Shown here: in pieces, positions 38,497 through 48,535 of the stretch
Layout of the letters: each line of letters begins with the position of its first letter
How positions within the stretch are numbered: position 1 is the stretch's first letter
Origin: Podarcis erhardii
Lineage: Eukaryota
Direction: 5' to 3' (one strand)
Assembly: GCA_964252035.1 (NCBI GenBank)
Contig: OZ176205.1
DNA: 64,000 bases
Notes under the pieces: generated by a model
Databases searched by the model: none
Told to the model about the DNA's origin: nothing
The model's input: the letters and a program-made list of their open reading frames with translations, nothing else
Translations under genes and position numbers: made by a program

Positions 38497-41400
38497 GTTG
38501 GGGAATACTGTACTAATTTGACTTTGGCCCCAATATGCACTGCACTATATTAATTTTGTTATTCCCCCATCATCCCCAAAAGGATAGATGTTACACTGCT
38601 CTTATCTCTCTCTAGGAAAGCATTGTATTAAAGCCGATGCTTTTTCACAGGCATGTATATTTGTTTAGGTCTGGAAACCTTTGTTAGAGCTTCTGATAGT
38701 ATGGTTATGTTGATGCCTCCCCTCCTCCAGCATGACATCAGCAGGCTTTGAATTTATAGAGTTTATTTTGCTTCAGGTGCTCAGAACTCCATGTTGGGCC
38801 ACCACCTGAGGGGAGGCAGAAAATCCTGCCAGATTCCTGAATGGGACTTTCAAACACCAAGGGAGAATAATAATAAAAGTGTTGAAGCTAGAATCTGCAA
38901 AAATTTGGACTAAAGATGGTTAACATGCTACGCGTGTTTACTCAGAAGTAAGCCCCACTATGCCAAAATATATGTTCGTATGCTGCAATCCTAAATACAA
39001 ACCCAATAGGGATGAAGCAAAACTGAACTCATTGGGACTTCATTGTGAATAAGGTTGCTTAGGATTGCCCTGCAACTGAATCAAGCGTTATTACGTAAGG
39101 GCAAGATAAAAGCCAAAGGCAGCTTTCCGGTGTACAAATCTATCTGTAAGTTTTATGGAAAGGGGCATATGCCCCCAACCCATTATTTTAAAGCAGAAAT
39201 ATGGATTATCATCCTATTACCTTGGAAGATATTTATTACAGCAAGCTACCAAGGTACTTAGGCACAAGCCTAATTCTTAACGTATTGATCTCCATAAGGC
39301 AACCTAGGTGCTGAGCATTAGCATACGATTAAATGCTTTGCTTAGTCGGTGTCTTGTGGGAGCAATTTCATCTAAGGATCAAACAGGCAGCTGAGCTGTT
39401 AACTCATAAATAGGACTGTCAGTTGAGCCACTATAGCCAGCGAAGCTCAGTCAATACTAAGTGACTATTAAGCATTCACATGCAGTCAATTATTTGAAGC
39501 ACCCAATCTGAGCATGGAATGAGGTAAACAATACCATTATAAGCTCAGCTCAACAGAGTGTTTATTGGGACATATGTTATTAGTCTAATAACCCGACTTC
39601 ACAAAAACATTCAAAATTTGCTTCATTTGCATATGGTGAAGAGAAAAGCTGGTGAGCTGTGCTTGGTTATTTACTTCCATTGATTAGAGAAGTGCTTTGC
39701 TTTTTCCTGCACCACACTAATAGGGCAACCCTACACATGTCTATTCAGAAATGAACCCACTGAGTTCAATGGGGCTTACTCTCACGTAAGCAAGTATAAG
39801 ACTGAAGGTTTAGACTTAGAAACAGAAGCATGTAAAGAGTTCTGAAATGTAAATATGTATGTAGTCATAAGGCCTGATATATAATCCAACCTCTGAGGTA
39901 CTAATAAAGAAGCACCACCAAAATGAGTGGGCCTCACATGATGTTTTCCTGTGGAAGCAACAGCAGGACCTGACTCAAAAATGGAAATCTGCATCTCTAA
40001 GAGCACAGTTGCATGCTGAAATGCACATTCCCTGCCTCCAGTTACAGTTTACTCTTGCAAAATCTACAAGGCACCTGTAACAAAACATCGTGGTGGGAAA
40101 AGGGCCTGTTCTAGGTTGGAACAGGACCACTGTAGTACTGTTCAGGGTTGGTAGAGTGGCAGAGAAGGTGCCCTCCACCTGAAAACTTTAAAGACAGAGC
40201 TTTAAGGATGGAGTTTTGAGGCTGGATGCCAGCCCTCAATCTGAGTGTGAGTAAGAAAGTGAGGGGGGAAAATGCAGCATGTTGAGGAGTGTTTTTTTTT
40301 TAACTTATGGGATGCACCCAGTTAACCCTAGCCTCCCCCCACCCCAATAATATTCTTAAGAAACTCAAGCAGGCAAATCCGCCTGCCCATTTTTCTTCTC
40401 CCACTTCAACTGACACACTCAACATTACCTGGCCCAGCTGCCCTCTGCAGTCCATAGATCTTGGAGGTCCATGTACATAGCTCCTTGACAGGCTGTTAAA
40501 CTTATTCTAAACATTTATTTACCTCTTAATCTACAGATGAAAATACTTTGGCACACATAAGCATCCTCTGAATATGCCTGGACCACCTTATTTTGAGAGG
40601 CCCAATTTGTTCCAAACAGTTTGGCTGAAATGGTGTGTCAATGTAAAATGTGTTTATCTGCAGGTTCAGGAAACTAAAGTCGTCAGAATATTTTCTGTTC
40701 AACTTCTGTGAGGGAAGGGAAAGATGGCAGTCTGGCTGAAGTTTAAGGCTGAATGGAAGCTGTAGAGATAGGAACAACTTTGTGGGGCAGTGCAAAGCTC
40801 CAGGAGGTAGGGAAGCTTAAACAACAGAGGATCCAGAGGCAAGGTGGTTAAAGGAAGGGTACAAAGTAGCCTGTGAACTGAGAAACAAGAACTTGAAGGG
40901 ATTAAGGACGCCTGAGGAAAAGAAACAAAAAACCAAGCAGCTTCTTGCAAGAGGGATTTTGAATGAACCCCAAGGTAGCCACTATTAGGGAGCTATGTTA
41001 TGAGGAATGCTGCACAGGTAGACCAAGAGAAAGGATGGTTAAAGCAAATGGATGAAAGCAGGAAGTGGGTTGAAAAGCAGTGGCTTGAGGAAACAAGAGC
41101 TGCAGGTGACACAGCATGAAGATAGGATGAGAAAAGAAAGTCTGGGGTAAAACATCACACAGAGCGCAGCAGGAAGGGTTGTGCATTGTGATCAGGAAGG
41201 AGTGGACAGGCAAGGGAAGTCTGAAGGGCTCAAGATGTCAAGAGGTCATAGGATCGCTCCATCTTGAGTCCAGACCCAGTCATGCCCTTAAGAGTTGCAG
41301 AGAAGGGGAATTCTGTCAGTTGTAGATCCCACTGTCCCGGCAGCATCGCTGGGTAAAAAGCAGCAGGAGGGAAGAGGCTGAATTTCACATATTGATTTGT

Positions 41401-43348
41401 ATTAGACACCCAATTATTTGCCTTAGATAGAAATACATGCAATATTTGCAGTAAAATCTTTCCTGGTCCCAAACACCTCGCCTTAAGAAGGGGAACTACA
41501 ATGCTAACTTATTTACCTAAGTTTTCAACTTAAAGGGCAGCAATGCCACCATCTCTGTCTCTAAACCCTGCCTGGCCAGTTTATTTGAAAAAAGATAAAT
41601 CACAGAGGGATAAAGAGAGGAGGCAGTTCACTTGGGGCTCCTTATGGAATCTGCTTCTTGGTAAGTTCAGCTGTGTGCTTGGTTTACTGCACCATACAGA
41701 TCCCTGTATGGTTCTGCCAGTATTCAGAAATATCACTCAGTCAAATGTCTCCCTTTAGTGACTGGAACTCTGAGGGGTTATTTCTCTCATGAGGCTGTAC
41801 CGATTGAATCTTATAATCAGGATAAGACCTCAGAACAGGCAGGCAAGAAACCATATCTGATTATAAGAATGTGCTATTTTCTCATGACATTTCTGTCCAC
41901 ACACACACCCCGCTGGTGGTTAGCTGACAGTTGAAATAAAAATAGACCAATACAGGAAAAGTGACAGAAGTTCAGATTCTGTTTTTTAACGTTCACAATC
42001 AAGACATTTTCAGAAATGGCCTGCCCTTTTGGAGACATGTTCCCCAAAGAACCTTGTTTGACTTGCCTGAACAGCAACTGCTGCTGATGCAGCAAAAACA
42101 AACTGCCTGCTCTGGAACCTAAGAGCACACTTAGGTCCTATAGATTTCACTGGGCTCATATGGCTGCAGGCCTTTGCAAACTTACCGTACCTGGAAGTAA
42201 GCCCTACTGATATAACAGGATATACTTCTGAGTAAACATGCATGGATTTCAGTTTGTGTGCATGTGTGTCCTTTGAAAACATTTACTGGTTATTAAATAA
42301 GGTTTCTTTCCCTGGTGATATGGGCAAAAAGTAATGGGACAGAATATGTTTGAACTCTGGTCACAAAGGCAGAATCCACAAAAGAAACTTGGAATAGCAA
42401 ATGGAAGGATGGCTTGAGTTCTTTCACATTTTACTGTGACACATTTTATAGGGACTCAGCTGTTTCTGCAATTCCTGAATTATTGGGATCCTGGATCTCT
42501 TTCGTAGTGAAAGTGCACCTATTTATTTAGGTTTCTGATGAATGATTCTCAGGACAAGCTACAGAGAGATTCTCAGAAACACTGGGTAGAAATGTAAGAA
42601 ATCACGATTCCTTGTATAGCAGCTTCAGTTCAGAAAACAAACACTGGGAAACAGAATGAGGCAGGGAGCGAGAGGGCAAAGAAAATCCAGCAAAAGGCCT
42701 CCCCACTCCCATCCTCGCTCTTAAATGTTTGTACCATTTGGAATTGAGATTCATTCGCGATAAAGAGAGCAGAAGCAACTCAAAAGAAAACAGGTTTCCT
42801 TTTCAGTTCAAAGCCAGAGAACTCTGCATAAAAGTGGATCAAAGGGCTTTCCTGCTGTTAACATCATACTCATCATGTTGTCCTAGGAGTCGCCTGGTGA
42901 TGGGGGTGGGGGGAGAAACAAAGAATGGAATTCTGCACATTCATCATGACACGTCATCTAAGAAGCAAAGCAGGTGTTGACTCTGCAGCGAGATCTTGGC
43001 CCTGGCTTGCTGCCTCCATGTTGCTTCCCTCTAAAGCAGCAGCAAGCGTACTTGGGGCAGTTAATTGCTTGATCCTCATCCAGAGAGTAGGATTATGCCA
43101 ATTGCTGTGTGATGGATGGGGGCTGGGCCAGGCACCAGGTCTTTTTGGGGTGTTGTGGGTGGGGGACTGCTGAAAGTTGTGGAATCCTGGAAAGCAGTCA
43201 TGCAGCAGTTTTGTAATGCAGGGCAGCTTTGGTTGTATCGATACCGGCCTTCATCATTCTGAGCGTGGCCTCCATGGGATCTGTGTGGTCCTCTCCCTTC
43301 TCAGTGCTTTGATCTCCCCAGTGATGCAATGAATGAGTTAAACCAGGT

Positions 43349-43383
43349 TTAAAATATGCTCTGCCTCCTGTTCTTTCCTCGAG
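43349..43383 (-). CDS. CDK18: CDK18 last coding exon, 35 nt including TAA
   Basis: tttccccccag|CT CGA GGA AAG AAC AGG AGG CAG AGC ATA TTT TAA = (A)RGKNRRQSIF*, the CDK18 C-terminus. The 14 exons sum to 1292 nt with all phases consistent. Confidence 0.95.
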
Positions 43384-44139
43384 CTGGGGGGAAATGAGAA
43401 ATGTTAAAAAGGCCTGAGAACGATGGGTCAAAGCCTGGAAGATTACACAGCAAAGGGTATTTGAAAGAGGAGTTTTCCTCCACAGAACAGGGTGGCAACA
43501 TACGGGGAACTGAGGCACGCAAGGACAAAGCCTCTGCATAGGGATCTCTGGCACAATATTGGGGTTCGGTCACTGAACCAGCCTCCCAAGCCCAGTTTTA
43601 TCTCCAATTGTCCATTGACTCACATTTTGAGGGATAATTATAACATAATGTAGCTCGATCCCTTTGCACAGAAGGTGATGTAAGTGCAATTTCCAAACCA
43701 TACACCTGAATTATCAGTTCAAACACACAGTCTACCTTCACAAGGAATCTTTTGTCCCCTGAGCTTTTGCCCATAGGGTATGGTCTAGCATAATGGACTG
43801 TGACACTTCAGCAATCAAGAGCTTCATTGTTCACAGAGCCACATCATCACAGGAATGTGATGATTCCTAAAGGTTGCCTTGTTCATTACATTTCTCCAGT
43901 TTTAGAGGAGGATTCATGCTCAAGATACTGAGCATCGCTCTAAGTGGCTAAGGTGGAACTCAGAATGCAATTTCTTCTCTGCCACAGATTTCCCACATGG
44001 CTTGGAGCTGTAGTTCCACAGGACTTTGCATGCAGGAGATCCCAGGTTCAATCCCTGGCATATCCAGGTAGAACTGGGAGAAAATCCTGTCTGAATACTT
44101 GGAGAGCTGCTGCCAGTCAGTGTAGGCAATGTTGAGCTA

Positions 44140-44690
44140 TTCATTCATTTATTTCTTAAAAATTATGCATCGCTTGGTTGTAAAAAACAACAACCCTCAA
44201 AGCAGTTTACAAACAGGAAAAAAAAAGAAATCAAGAAAAAATTGCAGTCATTCTTTAAAACATACAACAGTTAAAATATACTAAAATAGATTAAAAGTCA
44301 CTCCAGTATTTCTAAGCATCTGGGAAGGCTTGTCTAAACAAGAATATATTTAGCAGGCACTGAAAAGAATACAGTGAAGGTGCCTGCTTGATATCAATAG
44401 GCAAGGGGTTTCAAAGTGTTTTTGCTGCTACTAAACCAGGCATAGGCAAACTCGGCCCTCCAGATGTTTTGGGACTACATCTCCCATTATCCCTAGCTAA
44501 CAGGACCAGTGGTCAGGGATGATGGGAACTGCAGTCTCAAAACATCTGGAGGGCCGAGTTTGCCTATGCCTGGTTTAGTAGCAGCAAAAACACTAAATGC
44601 CTGCACTAAATGATTAAGTTCTTACAAATGCGGAACAAGTATTATGTGGCACCTGCAATAGTGCCAATTCTGCAAACTGAAGCAGTCGAG
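44140..44690 (-). mobile_element. L2 3' fragment inserted into a Squam3-type SINE, itself interrupted by a hAT MITE
   Basis: Tail ttcattcatttattt at 44141; the flanking SINE head (about 44006-44140) and SINE tail (about 44688-44735) join across it at gagct. Confidence 0.65.
44437..44572. mobile_element. hAT-type palindromic MITE (related copies at about 6240-6425, 15815-15935, 16190-16282, 25405-25545, 35535-35672, 52460-52550, 53615-53735 and 56940-57050)
   Basis: caggcataggcaaactcggccctccagatgtttt...aaaacatctggagggccgagtttgcctatgcctg; shares its core with 38310-38444, which has an 8-bp TSD. Confidence 0.8.
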
Positions 44691-45471
44691 CTAGATGGAT
44701 CAATGCTCTGATTTAGTATAAGGCAGCTTACTCTCTTTAGGGGTACATTATTCCAGGGGGAAGGGCAGATAAAGGTGCCCTTATAAATCCCGAGGAACTT
44801 AAGAGCACAAGACCCTTTCTGTTCCTTTTCTAGCTCCACAATATCCTTTTAGAACCAGAAATGTACACAGTATTTGATTAACATTTTTTTCTAACAATCT
44901 GTAGCATGGGAAAACGATGTGGGGGGGGGGGCGCTGACAGCTTCTATGCCAAGGTGAGGCAAAATCTGAAGTCACGATCCCCTAAATCATATAAATGCGA
45001 AAAAAATATACATTTGCACAATGTATCCTAATACCCAAATTTGAGACTTCTGGCTTTCCCCTTTGATTTGTGCAATTCTTTTGTTCTCACAGAACCCTCA
45101 AGTGTGGGCATCATGCTGAATTGCACATGAGGAAGGGTGCCGTGTGAAGATGGATATTTGGATAAGACGGAGTGCGTGAGAGAGAAAGCTGCTCAGTCCC
45201 TTCTTCCTCAGCCTCTAAAGGTTTATAATGATTTAAATTATCACAGCAGTCACAACAAGTGCCAGAGAGTGGCTCTGGACATTGTAAGGTTTATTGAAGT
45301 TTATCGCTCAGAAGCAGTTAGGCCATGCTGCGCTGCACGCTAGCTAATACTTCAAATACTGCTCTCTGGCTTCATGCCTTGTTGTGAGGATAAAATAAGA
45401 GGGGGAGGACAGGAACCATGTACACCAGCACCTTCAGCCTCTTGCAGGAAAGGTGGGATGTAGTAGTAATC

Positions 45472-45517
<46 letters not shown>
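45472..45517. repeat. (AAT)n microsatellite
   Basis: Direct reading. Confidence 0.97.
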
Positions 45518-46149
45518 GTTAAAATATGTATTTCAAACAGTCTTCAAAAAGGACAGCCAGCCAATAGAGCCCAGGAACCTGGGTAATGCTTATAGATCAA
45601 CTTTGTCACCATAACTAAGGCTACATTCAGAACAAACGGACTTGGAAATTGGGCAAGTGCACACAGCAAGATACAGGGACAGGAACAGCAAGGGACAGGA
45701 ACATTAAAAGCTTCCCATTCAAGGTGTACATATGAGTGGGATTGTCTATTGTAAAGAAGCACTGTCAGATCTTTTGTCCAGGGAATGTCATAAGAACAAG
45801 TGGGAAGGAAGTTTGGCCTACTGGGATCCTACTATTAGCAGGGCAAAAGATTTGATGGACACTACCCTCCCCCTTTCCATTTTGCTAACTACACCAGGGT
45901 ACTTACAAGATGGACTTTGGGTTGAAATGGCTATAACTATGTGGCAGCAAAATCAGGCTTCAATAATGCTTTAGCACACACAGAGAAGTGTGCTATGAGA
46001 TCAAGTTGCAACATGGCTGCTTTACACTTGGGAGACTTACAACTGAGTGGCTCAGTAGCACAGAAGACAACATGTTTCTGAAAGGCCCTGAAACTCGCTC
46101 ATCTCCCACCCCACAAGACAATAAGACCAAAAAAGCATCAGGTACCTAC

Positions 46150-46227
46150 CAGAATGCTGGAAGCTTGAGCCTCGATAGCCAGGGTCCTTTTGAAGTTGTA
46201 TTTCTTTCAGAGAAAAGATGGAGGCAG
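46150..46227 (-). CDS. CDK18: CDK18 exon 15, 78 nt
   Basis: ttttcctccag|...G|GTAGGT; (T)ASIFSLKEIQLQKDPGYRGSSFQHS. Confidence 0.96.
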
Positions 46228-46833
46228 CTGGAGGAAAAGGGTGGGTGAGGAGACAAGGACAGAGGGGATGAGAATTACTGTACCTCAAAAAATGTCTGCA
46301 GAAAACTGAGACAGAAGCATAGAGACAGGAAGAAGATGTTGAAGATGAAGGGCAGAGAATATGGACTGTATTGCTCACAGTTCACTTGCCATTCTGATCC
46401 TATGCAGATTTAGTTAGAAGCAAGGACCACTAAGTTTAATAGGAATTGCTCTCAGGTAAGTGTGTATAGGAGAGCAGCAATCAGCCCCATTTTTATACTA
46501 CAGAAAACAAGGATTGCAGGAGACTTATGAAATGTCTGTCTGGTATACCAGTGTGTGAGGGTGGCAGGAAGGGAATAAAGGTCTCAGCATAAGCCTTAGG
46601 TTTCCAGTAAAGTCCTTGATGCTGTATGACTCTCTTAGAACTGCTTCTAATCTTTCCAAGTAGTGTTGTCTGTGCAAAGAGACTACTGTACTAAGTTTTA
46701 CCAAAAATGTCAGTGGTGGTTCATCCCGGCAGCAGTTCATTTTCTGGGAACTATCTCTCTCCTTGCACTCAAACTCCCCATCCCCTTTCTTTTAAGCCAG
46801 CAATAAGGAAAACAGGCTGTGCTACTTGAACTA

Positions 46834-47260
46834 CCGTATTTTTCACTCTATAGGACGCACCCGACCATAGGATGCACCTTGTTTTAGAGAACAAGAAAAA
46901 AAAATTCTCTCCCTCTCTGTGCAGCACCCCTTCAGCGAAGCGGCAGGAGAAACGGAACCCCTTCCATTTCTCCTCCCACTTCGCTGAAGGGGCACTGCGC
47001 AGAGAGGGAAAGCTGCGCAGCGCCCCTCCAGCAAAGCAAAGCCAGGAGAACGAGAGGGATTGGTGCAAACCGACCCCTCTCGCTCTCCAGGCTTCAGCAA
47101 AAGCAACGTGAAGCCTCCGGAGGGAGCCCCACTGAGCTTCGGAGGCTTCGCGTTGCTATCGCTGAAGCCATGGAGCCTGCATTCGCTCCATAAGACACAC
47201 ACACATCTCCTCTTAATTTTTGGAGGGGGAAAAGTGTGTCTTATAGAGCGAAAAATACGG
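46834..47260. mobile_element. Tc1/mariner MITE in CDK18 intron 14
   Basis: TA|ccgtatttttcactctataggac...gtcttatagagcgaaaaatacgg|TA. Confidence 0.87.
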
Positions 47261-47340
47261 TAGATTTAGTGAGTCACCTGTACAGTCAAAGCAGGGGAGA
47301 AGAATATAGCTGCTCCATGCAGCAGTGGTCACACACTTAC

Positions 47341-47431
47341 TCTCAGGAAGGAGGTGCACTTGTTCACCGAGTGCCGTAAAGTAAGGGTGCCGCAGGGCAG
47401 ATTCTGCAGAAATGCGTCTTTTGGCTTCATA
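47341..47431 (-). CDS. CDK18: CDK18 exon 14, 91 nt
   Basis: ctcttgctag|...A|GTAAGT; YEAKRRISAESALRHPYFTALGEQVHLLPE. Confidence 0.95.
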
Positions 47432-48100
47432 CTAGCAAGAGAGAGAGGCAGAAAGGTTTACACATAAGTGTCCATATGCATGCAAGTATGGGCATTTATC
47501 TCATGTGCCCAGGTGCTTATTTGAGTGTGTGAGTATGTATGCTAGGCATGCCTGATTCCTGAACCCTCCTATATTCCTGTGCAGCTCAGTATGGGTGCTA
47601 TGTGGCTCATGGAGGTCAACTGATTCAGCAAAATACTCAACTCCCCTGTGCAGCTGTGCTGTGCATGTTTTCTTTTTGCTGTCCAGGCTGCACACAGCCA
47701 TTCTATCTTTCTGGATAATATGTGGCATTTCTTGTTATGTGGCAGTTATACTTTCCTGCCTGTACACACAGACAGCATAGTGAAGCAAGTGGGAAGCACT
47801 GGGTGATCTTGGACAAGTCCACCTCTTTCAGCCTACCCTGCTTTGCAAGGCTGTTCTGATGCTATACAACATTCCTTTAAAGCACAGCCATATGCATGCA
47901 GACTCAGAAGCAAGACCTATTGCGTTCAGTGGGGCTTATTCCCAGGTAAGTGTGCAGAAGATTACAATCGCAAGCTCCTTGAAGGATAAATATGATCTTC
48001 ATTGTAGAATTACAGATAGGTAGCCGTGTTGGTCTGCCATAGTCAAAACAAAACAAATTCCTTCCAGTAGCACCTTAAAGACCAACTAAGTCAGTTCTTG

Positions 48101-48138
48101 GTATGAGCTTTCGTGTGCATGCACACTTCTTCAGATAC
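48101..48138 (-). ncRNA. Minimal type I hammerhead ribozyme motif (mirror copy, on the CDK18 sense strand)
   Basis: Exact reverse complement of 48498-48535. Confidence 0.82.
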
Positions 48139-48497
48139 ACTGAAACAGAAGTTTCCAGACCCTTCTATATAGTGAGAAGGTGGGGAGGGGTATTACTCAG
48201 AAGGGTGGTGGGAATGGGTGATTGGCAGATAGCTGTGATGAGCCTGTTGACGACTCTTAACGACTGCAATAGGTCTTACAGGAAAAAGCAAGGGGTGAAA
48301 AGGTGAAAAATACATGACAAAGCCATTTTTCACCTTTTCACCCCTTGCTTTTTCCTGTAAGACCTATTGCAGTCGTTAAGAGTCGTCAACAGGCTCATCA
48401 CAGCTATCTGCCAATCACCCATTCCCACCACCCTTCTGAGTAATACCCCTCCCCACCTTCTCACTATATAGAAGGGTCTGGAAACTTCTGTTTCAGT

Positions 48498-48535
48498 GTA
48501 TCTGAAGAAGTGTGCATGCACACGAAAGCTCATAC
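48498..48535 (+). ncRNA. Minimal type I hammerhead ribozyme motif (PLE-associated)
   Basis: GUAU-CUGAAGA-A-GUGUGCAUGCACAC-GAAA-GC-UC|AUAC. Intact CUGANGA and GAAA cores, stem I GUAU/AUAC, palindromic stem II, minimal AGCU stem III. Predicted cleavage after C48531. Activity not shown. Confidence 0.82.

Noticed and set aside
48103-48533. Two identical 67-aa ORFs on opposite strands
   Set aside because: A by-product of the perfect inverted repeat in PLE non-coding terminal sequence; no protein features.
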